Source: Alphaproteobacteria bacterium
GTDB taxonomy: Bacteria > Pseudomonadota > Alphaproteobacteria > UBA2966
Reading direction: 5' to 3'
NCBI GenBank assembly: GCA_964291395.2
Contig: OZ219856.1
Location: 640,001-704,000, forward strand
DNA: 64,000 nt
Part shown: positions 1 through 9,504 of the stretch, piece after piece
Position numbering within the stretch: the first letter of the stretch is position 1
Layout: each line of letters begins with the position of its first letter
The notes under the pieces: generated by a model
Database searches by the model: none
Told to the model about the DNA's origin: nothing
The model's input: the letters and a program-made list of their open reading frames with translations, nothing else
Made by a program: the position numbers and the translations under genes

Positions 1-1067
1 CGGAACTCGCCCCGCATGACGTGACGCAGGGTCTCCGTCAACACCGTTGCGTCGGGGGCGACACAGTAGTCGAAGCGGATGTTCCCGGTCGGGTCCTCCC
101 AGGCATTGCCCAAGTGGAAAGCGAAGCCGGCGGGCAACCGGTACCAGCGCCTATCGGAGAAATCGTCCTTGGCCACGACGAGGACGCGGGTGTCCAGTTC
201 CGGACGCCAGACGTGCGAGTCGAGGAACGACACATCCGGACCGAACACCGTTTCATCGTAGACCAACGGGGGAAGCACGAAGACGAGATGCCGCGCCGTC
301 ACCACGAAGTCGTGCACCATGCCGAGGTGCTCGACGGGCACCGCACCCGTCTTGCGGAGCCGGCCGTTCGAGGCGATGTGATAAAGCACGAGCAGTCCCC
401 GGCTCACGACGTTGCCGAAGTTCCACAACGTGCCGTCGGGCTCGGCCTTGGGGTGCGCGGAAAAGGCGATGCCTTTCAGATCCTCGCTCCAGGTCTTTCG
501 GCCCAACGTTTCGAGTGTGGATGCCTCGATCCGGTGCGCGGATCCCCCTTCCCACAGCGCCAACAGTTCGCCGCCATGGTGGCAGATGCTGATGTTGGCG
601 GTATTGAGGTCGTCGGGGCCGCGAAGCGGGGGTGAATCCCGACCGGTCGTGCCGAATGCCGGAAACCGATGGCGGCCGGCCCTTTCTTCGGCCATGTATT
701 TTGCCGTCTCGATTATTCGCCCTTGGTGGCTGACGTTCCCTTCGTCGAAGCGGAACGCCTGCACCATCCCGTCGCCGTCGAACCAGTGGCGGTAGCGGTG
801 CCCGGCCCGTTCGTGGCGGGCCGGTCCGTTGCGATAGAAGGTTCCCGTCAGGCCCGGTGGCAGGGCGCCGGTGACCGGGAGGTTGGGGGCGGCCAGTCGC
901 GGTTCGGTGACGCCCTGCCAACCCAGGAGGCGCGGATTCTCGGCCAGTGCCGAATCGAAGGCTCGTTTCCAGGAGGTTGCCGACAACGCCCGCGTGCCGA
1001 GGGGTCCGAGGGCGCCGACCACGGGTGCCAGGGCGAAGGCTCGCAGCAGGTTTCGTCTCGTGAGCAT
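1..1067 (-). CDS. Carotenoid oxygenase (CCD/RPE65 family) with twin-arginine signal; runs off the window start
   Basis: Manual translation (not in ORF track): MLTRRNLLRAFAL...GTFYRNGP...HWFDGDGMV...NTANI...LLALWEGG...FSAHPK...MVHDFVVT...FAFHLGNAWED, which are CCD-family motifs. Confidence 0.9.
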   Translation of the reverse strand, partial: MLTRRNLLRAFALAPVVGALGPLGTRALSATSWKRAFDSALAENPRLLGWQGVTEPRLAAPNLPVTGALPPGLTGTFYRNGPARHERAGHRYRHWFDGDGMVQAFRFDEGNVSHQGRIIETAKYMAEERAGRHRFPAFGTTGRDSPPLRGPDDLNTANISICHHGGELLALWEGGSAHRIEASTLETLGRKTWSEDLKGIAFSAHPKAEPDGTLWNFGNVVSRGLLVLYHIASNGRLRKTGAVPVEHLGMVHDFVVTARHLVFVLPPLVYDETVFGPDVSFLDSHVWRPELDTRVLVVAKDDFSDRRWYRLPAGFAFHLGNAWEDPTGNIRFDYCVAPDATVLTETLRHVMRGEF

Positions 1068-1077
1068 GGCGGGTCTC

Positions 1078-1575
1078 CTAGTAGCCCAGAGTGGCGGTCG
1101 TGGACAGGGGACCGTCGCCTTCGGAGATCTCGACCGCGGCGGCATCGAACGAAGGCGGACCCGCGAAGCCCCGCGCGTCTCGGCTGAAGGCGTAGCCTTC
1201 CTTGGGAATGCCGATGAAGTTCACATCCAGCTCGTCGTTGTCGTTCTCGTCATGGAAGACGGCCACGGCAAAGCGGCCCGGCGGCAGGTCCGCGAAAACG
1301 AATTCCAGGGCGCCAAGCCCCGCCGTTCGCCATTGGGCGGCGACGGTGCCCGACGCATCCGGGAACTTGACGTCGGGCACCGGTTTGTGCAGCGCGACCC
1401 TGACTTTTCCTCGGTCGCTGCGGATTCCATCGATGGTGACGCGAAGCTCCGAGGCTTGCGCGGTTCCGGAAGCGCTCAATGCGGCGAAGAAAAGGATGCC
1501 GCCCGCCGTCAACGCGAACGCGGTCCGGCGGAGGTGATTTCGACGACGCGGGGGCAATTGCGTTGTTCGGGCCAT
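1078..1575 (-). CDS. DUF2141 family exported protein
   Basis: Signal peptide; FADLPPGRFAVAVFHDENDNDELDVNFIGIPKEGYAFS...GPPSFDAAA signature. Confidence 0.9.
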   Translation of the reverse strand: MARTTQLPPRRRNHLRRTAFALTAGGILFFAALSASGTAQASELRVTIDGIRSDRGKVRVALHKPVPDVKFPDASGTVAAQWRTAGLGALEFVFADLPPGRFAVAVFHDENDNDELDVNFIGIPKEGYAFSRDARGFAGPPSFDAAAVEISEGDGPLSTTATLGY

Positions 1576-1606
1576 GAGAATTTCCTCCTCTGTTGGTCGT
1601 GCTCGT

Positions 1607-2203
1607 CTATGGGCGTTGTTGCTGGCCTGCGCCGCCGCCGACCGCCTCGGGCGCGGCGTCCAGATCGCGCAGCTTGCTCAGGGTTTCGTCGCACCAGGAG
1701 ATCTGTGCGTCCACTGCGTGCCTGCCGTAGCTGAGGGTCATCAGCCAGTAGGGCAGATCGGGGTGCCCGGCGTGCCGACGCCGGGTGTCGCGTTCGATCG
1801 CGGCGTAGGTCTCGAGCCGGGCAACGGCTTCCTCCCGGCGCCGCTCGACATGACGGATGCTGACCGCTGACGGCGTCGACCGGCCGAAAAAGAGCTTGAG
1901 CAGAAGCTCGTTGCGTCGTCGTTCGGGTTCGGGCGGTTCCTCCAGCCACTCGGCGAGGACGAGGCGGCCGCCATCGGTGAGGCGGTAGGCTTCGCTCGGC
2001 CGTCCGTCCGTGGACTTGGGTTCGTCGGCTTCCACGAGTCCCGACGCCGCGAGGCGCTTCAGGATCGGATAGATCTGGCCGTAGCTCTCGTTCCAGAAAT
2101 GGCCGATGCTGGCATCGACCGCCTTCTTGATGTCGTAACCGGACATCGGGCGCCAGGTCAGGAATCCCAGTATCGCTTTGTCTGTTCGGCTGCGCCGGGC
2201 CAT
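1607..2203 (-). CDS. PadR family transcriptional regulator with C-terminal virulence-activator-alpha-like domain
   Basis: ILGFL..RPMSGYDIKK...FWNESYGQIYPILKRL...YRLTDGGR...RNELLLKLFF. Confidence 0.92.
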   Translation of the reverse strand: MARRSRTDKAILGFLTWRPMSGYDIKKAVDASIGHFWNESYGQIYPILKRLAASGLVEADEPKSTDGRPSEAYRLTDGGRLVLAEWLEEPPEPERRRNELLLKLFFGRSTPSAVSIRHVERRREEAVARLETYAAIERDTRRRHAGHPDLPYWLMTLSYGRHAVDAQISWCDETLSKLRDLDAAPEAVGGGAGQQQRP

Positions 2204-2240
2204 CGCCCACTCCGCGGATGAGGGTCGGGGCTGAAGGCTG

Positions 2241-2290
2241 TTATATCTATTAATTATATCTATTAGATATATTCCGGATGATTATGTCAA
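2241..2290 (-). promoter_or_regulatory. Sigma70-type promoter of padR overlapped by a palindromic operator
   Basis: Minus strand TTGACA (2290-2285), 17 nt, TCTAAT (2267-2262); perfect inverted repeat TATATCTA-T-TAGATATA at 2255-2271; direct repeat TTATATCTATTA at 2241 and 2254. Confidence 0.7.
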
Positions 2291-2303
2291 GGAGTCACTC
2301 ATG

Positions 2304-2371
2304 CACAACCTGTCTCGCTTAGCCTCGCCTAGTCCCGGCTTGTCTCGCTTCGCTCCGCCGGGTTGGGCGGG
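2304..2371 (-). repeat. ~68-bp intergenic element, copy 1 (inverted relative to copy 2)
   Basis: Reverse complement CCCGCCCAACCCGGCGGAGCGAAGCGAGACAAGCCGGGACTAGGCGAGGCTAAGCGAGACAGGTTGTG aligns gap-free with 22487-22554 with ~7 mismatches. Confidence 0.85.
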
Positions 2372-2493
2372 GAGCAGGGGAGCGACGCCGCTTCTCCGGT
2401 CCGCAACCCAATGATGCCTGCCTGAGATTCGCGTCCTGATATACTGGGGAGGCTGGTCGTCGCGGGCCGGACCGCACCCGAGGGTGTCGAAAC

Positions 2494-5208
2494 ATGCACA
2501 GCCTACCCCGCCTGCCGTCGTGGTTGATCACGGCGCTGGCCGTGATTGCAGGCCTCGTGACCCTGTTCAAGGTCGTCGATTGGATCGCCCAGTACCTGTG
2601 GTTCGACACGCTCGGCTTGGTCAGCGTTTTCTGGACCTTCCGGCTCCTGAAGACAGGCTTGTTCCTCGCGGCGTTCCTGTCGATCCTCGCCTATTTCTGG
2701 GCCAACCTTCACTACCTGGCGTTGCGGCTCGATATTGCGGTTGTCGTCAATACGCTGATCAACCAGCTCGCGGGGCGGGCCCTGCCCGCCAATGCTTACC
2801 GGCCTCCCGATGCGAGCGGCTCCGGCCCCAAGGAGAGAACGCCGGACATTTTCATCGTCGCGGCGGTCGTCCTCGCGCTGCTGTTCGCCCTCGCGCTCTC
2901 CGAGCAATGGGAGGCCTTGCTGCGCTACGTTTGGTCGCTGCCGGTCGGCGAAGCTGATCCCATATTCGGAAACGACATCGGGTTCTATCTGTTTGAGTTG
3001 CCGTTCCTGGAGGCGACCCAGAACTTCCTCATCACGGCCACCTTCGTCGGCGCAGCGTTCGTGCTGGGGACGTACGCCTATGCGGGCGCCTTGAAATTCT
3101 CGATCGGTGACGGAATCGACGCGCCGCCGGAGGTCCTGAAGCACATCGTGATCAACGTGATCCTGTTCCTGCTGGTTTTGGCCTGGGGCTTTTACCTCGA
3201 CCGCTTCGATTTGCTTCAGTCGGACCGCGGCGCCGTCTACGGGGCGGGGTACACCGATTTTCACGTCGTGCGTCCCACGCTGGTCGTGGTGATCGCGGTC
3301 ACCATCGCGCTTGCCGGGGCCTTGATGTTTCCCCGGCAACTCGGACGCGCGGCCGTCGCGCTGGTCGTCGTGGTCGGCTATCCCGCCATTCTGCTGCTCA
3401 CGCTCGTTGTCCTGCCGTGGGGCGTTCAGAGCTTCGTCGTGGAGCCGAACGAGCTCGAGCTCGAAGAGCCGTACCTCCGGCATAACATCGCGTTCACGCG
3501 CCGCGCCTACCAGCTCGACCACGTGGCGGAACGCACGTACGAGGCGGTGACCGGCCTGAAGCTTCCGGCGCTCCTGCGCAACGACGAGACCATCGACAAT
3601 CTCCGGCTCTGGGACTGGCGACCCATTGCCCAGACGTTTCGGCAGCTACAGCAGATCCGGACCTACTATGAATTCGGCGACGCCGACGCGGATCGTTACC
3701 TGATCGACGGCAAGTACCGCCAGGTGTTGCTGTCGGCCCGCGAGCTCTCCGAGGAACTTCCTGCGGATACCTGGCTGAACCGCCACCTCCAGTACACGCA
3801 CGGCTACGGCTTGGCGATGAGCCTGACCTCGACGATGAGCGAGCAAGGCGCGCCCGAGCTCGTCATCAAGGATCTGCCGCCCGTGGCGGAGGGGGGCCTG
3901 AACGTCTCGAATCCGGCCATCTACTACGGCGAGAGGACCAGCGAGTACGCCGTGGTGGCGACGGACGTTCCGGAGTTCGACTACCCGAGAGGAGACGAGA
4001 ACGTCTACGCGTCATACGAAGGCCGCGGCGGCGTCGGTCTCGGTTCCTTCTGGAAGCGGCTGGTCTTCGCCTGGCAGCAACTGGACGTCAATATCCTGCT
4101 CACCGCCTACACCCGCGAGGACAGCCGTATCCTGCTATGGCGTCAGGTCGAGGAGCGTATCGGCCTGATCGCGCCTTTCCTGCGTCAGGACCAGGACCGT
4201 TACATCGCGGTCAGCGACGGACGGTTGTTCTGGATCCAGGATGCCTACACGGTAGCGTCCGGCTACCCCTACTCCGAGCCGTTCGAGGATGACCTCAATT
4301 ACATCCGCAACGCCGTCAAGGTCGTGGTCGATGCCTATCACGGCGACGTCGAATTCTATGTGGTCGATCCCGAGGATCCGATCCTGCGCGTGTACCGGGA
4401 GGCGCTGCCGGCATTGTTCACCGATTTCGATGAAGTCCCCGACGACCTGCGCCGGCACCTCCGCTATCCCATCGACCTCTTCGATATCCAGGCGGAGAAG
4501 TACAACATCTATCACATGACCGTGCCCCAGGTGTTCTACAACGGCGAAGACATGTGGGAGGAGCCGTGGGAGACCTATGGCGGCAGGCGGATTCGCATGC
4601 AGCCGTATTATGTCCTCGTGCGGTTGCCGGGCGAGGACCGGCTCCAGTTCCTGCTGATGACCCCGCTGACGCCGCGAAACCGCGACAACATGATCGGCTG
4701 GATGGCCGCCCGCAGCGACTTCCCGGGCTACGGCGAGGTGCTGGTCTACAAGCTGCCGAAGGACCATCTGGTCATCGGGCCGATTCAGATCGAGGCCCTG
4801 ATCAACCAGGACACGGACATCTCGCAGCGGCTTTCGCTCTGGGACCAGCGCGGCTCCCGGGTCATTCGTGGCAATCTGCTGGTGATTCCGATCGAGAGCT
4901 CGTTCATCTACGTGGAGCCCGTCTATCTCATCTCGGAGGGAACGGACATCCCGCAGCTCAAGCGTATCATCGTAAGCGATGGCGAGAAGCTGGCGATGGA
5001 GCGGACGTTGGAGGAGGCGCTGGAGGCGGTCTTCGGAGAAGAGCGGCCACGGACCGCGGACGCCACGGTCGATGCGCGCGCTGCCGATCCCGAAGACCTG
5101 GTGGGGGCCCGAGCAGCCTATTCGGAAGTGGAGGCCGCGTTGCGTGCCGGCGATTGGGACGCCTTCGGCCGGGCGATGGAGGCTCTCGGGAGCCGCCTCG
5201 GGGAATAG
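2494..5208 (+). CDS. UPF0182 family membrane protein
   Basis: 904 aa, N-terminal TM helices; DPIFGNDIGFYLFELP, GAGYTD, RLWDWRP, YTHGYG, NYIRNAVKVVVDAYHG, HLRYP, GNLLVIPI motifs. Confidence 0.95.
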   Translation: MHSLPRLPSWLITALAVIAGLVTLFKVVDWIAQYLWFDTLGLVSVFWTFRLLKTGLFLAAFLSILAYFWANLHYLALRLDIAVVVNTLINQLAGRALPANAYRPPDASGSGPKERTPDIFIVAAVVLALLFALALSEQWEALLRYVWSLPVGEADPIFGNDIGFYLFELPFLEATQNFLITATFVGAAFVLGTYAYAGALKFSIGDGIDAPPEVLKHIVINVILFLLVLAWGFYLDRFDLLQSDRGAVYGAGYTDFHVVRPTLVVVIAVTIALAGALMFPRQLGRAAVALVVVVGYPAILLLTLVVLPWGVQSFVVEPNELELEEPYLRHNIAFTRRAYQLDHVAERTYEAVTGLKLPALLRNDETIDNLRLWDWRPIAQTFRQLQQIRTYYEFGDADADRYLIDGKYRQVLLSARELSEELPADTWLNRHLQYTHGYGLAMSLTSTMSEQGAPELVIKDLPPVAEGGLNVSNPAIYYGERTSEYAVVATDVPEFDYPRGDENVYASYEGRGGVGLGSFWKRLVFAWQQLDVNILLTAYTREDSRILLWRQVEERIGLIAPFLRQDQDRYIAVSDGRLFWIQDAYTVASGYPYSEPFEDDLNYIRNAVKVVVDAYHGDVEFYVVDPEDPILRVYREALPALFTDFDEVPDDLRRHLRYPIDLFDIQAEKYNIYHMTVPQVFYNGEDMWEEPWETYGGRRIRMQPYYVLVRLPGEDRLQFLLMTPLTPRNRDNMIGWMAARSDFPGYGEVLVYKLPKDHLVIGPIQIEALINQDTDISQRLSLWDQRGSRVIRGNLLVIPIESSFIYVEPVYLISEGTDIPQLKRIIVSDGEKLAMERTLEEALEAVFGEERPRTADATVDARAADPEDLVGARAAYSEVEAALRAGDWDAFGRAMEALGSRLGE

Positions 5209-5295
5209 GGGCGCAAGGAGTCATTCCAACCCGTCGGTCCTGCAAGGGATAGCGTTCGGAGTCCGGCCTCCGAGTCTGCCGGCAGGACGCGAGCG

Positions 5296-6336
5296 TTATC
5301 CCGCAAGTTCCGCCAGCAGGCGCACGTCGTCGGCCGTGCGGGCGTCGACCGCCAAGGCGCTGATGTGTCGCCGGGCGGCGGCCTCGCGCCAGCGCCCGAG
5401 CAGCTCCGCGATGCGTTCCGCCGGCCCTACGAGAGCGAGGTCGTCGATCAGGTCGTCGGGGACGGCCGCGGCGGCGTCGTGTCGCTTGCCGGCGAGGTAG
5501 AGATCCTGAATCTCGGCTGCTGCGCCCCCGTAACCGATCGCCCGCACGTAATCGGCGTAGAAATTCCGTTCGCGGTGGCCCATCCCGCCGACGTAGAGCG
5601 CGAGCTGCTCGCGGACCGGCTGGCGGCAGGCCTCTAGGTCATCCCCTACGATGAGCGCGACATAGGGGATGATGTCGAACTTGGTGAGGCTTTTGCCGCC
5701 ACCCGCTGCCGCGAACCCCTGGTTGAGCGGTTCCTCGAAGACATCGAACCGCTCCGGCTTCATGAAGGCGAGCAGCATGCCGTCGGCGATCTCGGCGCTG
5801 AGACGGACTCCCGCCGGAGTCATGGTTCCGGTGACGATCTCGAGCGAGGGGTCTCCGTGAACGATGCTCTTCAGCGGCTTGCCGAGCCCGGTCGTGCCCT
5901 CTCCCGTATTCGGGATCCGGTAGTGGTACCCCTCGTGCATGAGCGGTTTTTCCCGGGCCAGCACCTTTCGAACGATTTCGATGTACTCGCGGGTCCGCGT
6001 CAGGGGGCGGCCGTACGCGACGCCGTGCCAGCCTTCGATGACCTGAGGGCCCGAGGGGCCGATGCCGAGAACGAAGCGGCCGCCGGACAGATCGTGGAGC
6101 GTCATCGCGGTCATGGCAGCCATGGCCGGGGTCCGCGCCTGCATCTGCATGATGCCGGTGCCGACCCTGATGCGCGACGTCTGTGCCAAGATCCAGGCAG
6201 CCGTCGACACGGCGTCCGACCCGTAGGCTTCCGCGGTCCAGATGCACGCGTATCCCGCGTCCTCCGCCGCTCGGATGCGCTCCATGTCGATCGATGCCCG
6301 GGTGCCCGAGTAGCCGAGCAGAAGATGCAGCTCCAT
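5296..6336 (-). CDS. Luciferase-like (LLM class) oxidoreductase, probably F420-dependent (Rv3520c-like)
   Basis: WTAEAYGSDA, RTPAMAAMTAMTL..LSGGRF.LGIGPSGPQVIEGWHG motifs. Confidence 0.85.
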   Translation of the reverse strand: MELHLLLGYSGTRASIDMERIRAAEDAGYACIWTAEAYGSDAVSTAAWILAQTSRIRVGTGIMQMQARTPAMAAMTAMTLHDLSGGRFVLGIGPSGPQVIEGWHGVAYGRPLTRTREYIEIVRKVLAREKPLMHEGYHYRIPNTGEGTTGLGKPLKSIVHGDPSLEIVTGTMTPAGVRLSAEIADGMLLAFMKPERFDVFEEPLNQGFAAAGGGKSLTKFDIIPYVALIVGDDLEACRQPVREQLALYVGGMGHRERNFYADYVRAIGYGGAAAEIQDLYLAGKRHDAAAAVPDDLIDDLALVGPAERIAELLGRWREAAARRHISALAVDARTADDVRLLAELAG

Positions 6337-6363
6337 GACAGGACTCCTAGGTCGAGTCCTACT

Positions 6364-6640
6364 CTACCGGCCTTTCCAGACCGGTTGGCGTTTTTCCGAG
6401 AAGGCGCGCGTGCCCTCCTGCAGATCCTCGCTCGCGTAGAGCGTGTTGACGGCGGGGATGCCCTTGCGGTGCATCAGGTCGAACGCCTCCTGCACTTTGA
6501 GACCCTCGGTCATGCGGATGGTCTCCTTGATCGCCGCGAATACCAGCGGCGGCCCATCCGCCAGGAGATCGGCCACCTCCCTCGCTCTGTCCATCAGCCG
6601 ATCGGCCGGCAGGACCTCGTTCACGAGACCCCAGCGCGCC
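6364..6640 (-). pseudogene. caiD: 3' remnant of carnitinyl-CoA dehydratase (crotonase family)
   Basis: [11 protein letters not shown]...[11 protein letters not shown]...[25 protein letters not shown]; no N-terminal part. Confidence 0.75.
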
Positions 6641-6763
6641 GGCCTCCGCGGACTCGATTGCTGCTGCGGCAATTTGCTCGGGGGTGACCGGGATCGGCGG
6701 GTGCCTGTTCGTGGTGTCGCCCGCGCCCGTGACGGCGCAGGTGATGAACGCCTCCCAGTTCAT
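6636..6763 (-). pseudogene. 5' remnant of beta-keto acid cleavage enzyme (BKACE/DUF849, CdhC-like)
   Basis: SD AAGGAG then [43 protein letters not shown]; similarity ends abruptly at the caiD junction. Confidence 0.85.
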
Positions 6764-7055
6764 CGCAGAGATCTCCTTACGACGCAGACTCGACGCCCCT
6801 TGCGTAATGGAATTCGGTACCTGGAAGGCATTCGGAATCGACAAATTATCGGCCATTCCCGACGCCTTTCGCGGCAGCCGGGAGGTTTTTATCGCGAGGT
6901 CGCGGCCGGGGTATCCCAGGACGGCCGTGGCCTGTCGGGCGCGTTGGTTGAGCAGCGGCAACCGGTCGTCGCGTGGTGCTTGTTCGCGAGGTGTCGAGTC
7001 TGGTATGCGGCAACATGATCGTCGTTGCCGCGAGCTCACGCGAGAGGAGCGGGCC

Positions 7056-8519
7056 ATGAAAAATTTCCCGGAGCAGAAGCTCTTCATCGATGGCGGTTAC
7101 GTCGCCGCCACGAGTGGCCAGACCTACGAGGACATGAATCCCGCGACCGGCGAAGCGCTCTGTACCGTCCAGGTCGCCGGCGCCCAGGATGTCGACCGAG
7201 CGGTCGGCGCGGCCGCACGCGGGTTCGAGACGTGGTCGGGGATGGCGGGCGCGGAGCGGGGCCGCATTCTGATGGAGGCGGTCCGTCTCCTGCGGGTGCG
7301 TAATGACGAGCTCGCCGAGATCGAGGTGCTGGATACCGGCAAGCCGATCTCGGAGGCCCGATCGGTCGACGTCGCCTCGGGTGCGGACTGTATCGAATAT
7401 TACGCAGGGCTGGCGCCGTCGCTCCATGGCGAGCATTTCGACCTCTGTTCGGCGTTCGCCTACACGCGGCGCGAGCCCCTCGGAGTTTGCGCCGGGATCG
7501 GTGCCTGGAACTACCCGATCCAGATCGCTTGCTGGAAGTCGGGACCGGCTCTGGCGTGCGGCAACGCGATGGTATTCAAGCCTTCCGAGGAAACGCCATT
7601 GACGGCGGCGCGGCTCGCCGAGATCTACACCGAGGCCGGCGTGCCGGACGGCGTCTTCAATGTCGTGCAGGGCAAGACGGAGACGGGCCGGGCGCTCACG
7701 CGTCATCCGGACGTCGCCAAAGTGTCGCTCACCGGCGGCGTCGACACGGGCAGGATCGTGATGGCCGACGCGGCGCCGTCGGTGAAGCACGTAACATTGG
7801 AGTTGGGTGGCAAGTCGCCGCTTATCATCTTCGCTGACGCCGATCTGGACAACGCGGTCTCCGCGGCCTTGATGGCGAACTTCTATACGCAGGGCGAGAT
7901 CTGCTCCAACGGAACGCGAGTGTTCGTCGAGAGCTCGATCCACGATCCGTTCATTGAGCGGCTGCTGCCGCGAGTCGAAGCGATGAAGGTGGGCGACCCT
8001 TTGGATCCCGAAACGACAGTCGGCTCACTGATCAGCCGCGAGCATCTCGACAGGGTGATGGGCTACATCGAGACCGGGAAGCGCGAGGGCGCCGACCTCG
8101 TCATTGGCGGCAGGCGGGCGGACGAAGAGGCTCTGGAATCGGGGAACTTCGTGATGCCGACTGTTTTCGACCGCTGCGAGGACGATATGACCATCATGAA
8201 GGATGAGATCTTCGGTCCGGTCATGGGCGTGCTCACATTCGACACCGAGGACGAGGCGGTGGAGCGTGCCAACGCGACCGAGTTCGGACTCGCCGCCGGC
8301 GTGTTCACCCGAGATCTCGCCCGTGGCCATCGGGTCGTCGCCCGTCTGGAAGCGGGGACCTGCTGGATCAACAACTACAACGTCACCCCCGTCGAGGTGC
8401 CCTTCGGCGGCTACAAGCATTCCGGCCTCGGGCGCGAAAACAGCCTTGCGGCCATCGAACACTACACCCAGCGGAAGAGCGTCTACGTGGAGTTGGGCGA
8501 CGTCGACGCCCCATTCTGA
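7056..8519 (+). CDS. betB: Betaine aldehyde dehydrogenase (ALDH9-like)
   Basis: SD GAGGAG; [58 protein letters not shown]; true start at MKNFPEQK. Confidence 0.9.
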   Translation: MKNFPEQKLFIDGGYVAATSGQTYEDMNPATGEALCTVQVAGAQDVDRAVGAAARGFETWSGMAGAERGRILMEAVRLLRVRNDELAEIEVLDTGKPISEARSVDVASGADCIEYYAGLAPSLHGEHFDLCSAFAYTRREPLGVCAGIGAWNYPIQIACWKSGPALACGNAMVFKPSEETPLTAARLAEIYTEAGVPDGVFNVVQGKTETGRALTRHPDVAKVSLTGGVDTGRIVMADAAPSVKHVTLELGGKSPLIIFADADLDNAVSAALMANFYTQGEICSNGTRVFVESSIHDPFIERLLPRVEAMKVGDPLDPETTVGSLISREHLDRVMGYIETGKREGADLVIGGRRADEEALESGNFVMPTVFDRCEDDMTIMKDEIFGPVMGVLTFDTEDEAVERANATEFGLAAGVFTRDLARGHRVVARLEAGTCWINNYNVTPVEVPFGGYKHSGLGRENSLAAIEHYTQRKSVYVELGDVDAPF

Positions 8520-8546
8520 GCATGCAGCGAATTCGAGGAGAGTGTC

Positions 8547-9392
8547 ATGAGCGGTAGCGGCGATCGTTTTCTGGACGGGCGCTCGGCGATGGTCACGGGC
8601 GGCGCCTCGGGCATGGGCCGGGCCATGGCGCTCGCTTTCGCGGAGGCCGGCGCCGACGTGGCCGTCGGCTCGCTGCTGTCGGATCGCTCCGGGACCGTGG
8701 CCGATGGGGAGGTCGCCTACCTTCCGGGACGGGGCGAGCTCGACGCCACGGCCCGGGAGATCGAGGCTTGTGGCGGGCGGGCGCTGGCGATGGGGCTCGA
8801 TGTGACGTCGATGGAGTCCGTCGAAACGTTCTTCGCCGCGGCCGTCGAAGCCTTCGGCAAGGTCGACATCCTGGCCAACGCCGCTGGCATCACGGCCGAG
8901 CAAACCATCGTCGGGCACACGGACGTCCTGTGGCAGAAGGTGCTCGACGTAAATCTCAGCGGCACCTACCGCAGCATCAAACTCTGCCTGCCCGGGATGA
9001 TCGAACGGGAGTGGGGCCGCATCGTCAACATCGCCTCGACGGCGGCTTCCGTCGGCGCGCCCACGTCGGGCGCCTACTGCGCCTCCAAGGCCGGGGTCGT
9101 AGGCCTGAGCCGCTGCGTCGCTCTTGAGGGCGCGGCCCACGGAGTGACCTGCAACACCATCAGCCCCACGTGGGTCGAGACCGGTTTCGGCAGGGACTGG
9201 ATGAGCGGCATCGCCGAGAGCCAGGAGGGCCGCCCAGGCGAGGCTTACATCGCCGACGTGAAATCCGCTAACCCGCAGGGACGCCTCATCCAACCCTCGG
9301 AGATCGGCGCGCTTGCGCTCTATCTCTGCCGCGAAGAAGCCGTTGGCGTCACCATGCAGGATTTGACGATCTCGGCCGGTTCCCTCTGGTGA
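8547..9392 (+). CDS. Short-chain dehydrogenase/reductase (3-hydroxybutyrate dehydrogenase-like)
   Basis: TGGASGMG, NAAG, YCASK, NPQGRLIQPSEI. Confidence 0.9.
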   Translation: MSGSGDRFLDGRSAMVTGGASGMGRAMALAFAEAGADVAVGSLLSDRSGTVADGEVAYLPGRGELDATAREIEACGGRALAMGLDVTSMESVETFFAAAVEAFGKVDILANAAGITAEQTIVGHTDVLWQKVLDVNLSGTYRSIKLCLPGMIEREWGRIVNIASTAASVGAPTSGAYCASKAGVVGLSRCVALEGAAHGVTCNTISPTWVETGFGRDWMSGIAESQEGRPGEAYIADVKSANPQGRLIQPSEIGALALYLCREEAVGVTMQDLTISAGSLW

Positions 9393-9504
9393 CGGGAGTT
9401 CCGGCCTGATCGTCGTCGGCGCCCGTTCCGCGACCGCGGGTTTTCGGTACCCGCAAGAGCCGCATTTTCCTTCCATGCCTCGGTGTCTCTGCGGGTGAAC
9501 ACCT

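Noticed and set aside
6684-7055. N-terminal extension of betB in the ORF track
   Set aside because: Overlaps the divergent promoter and BKACE remnant; a good SD precedes ATG 7056.
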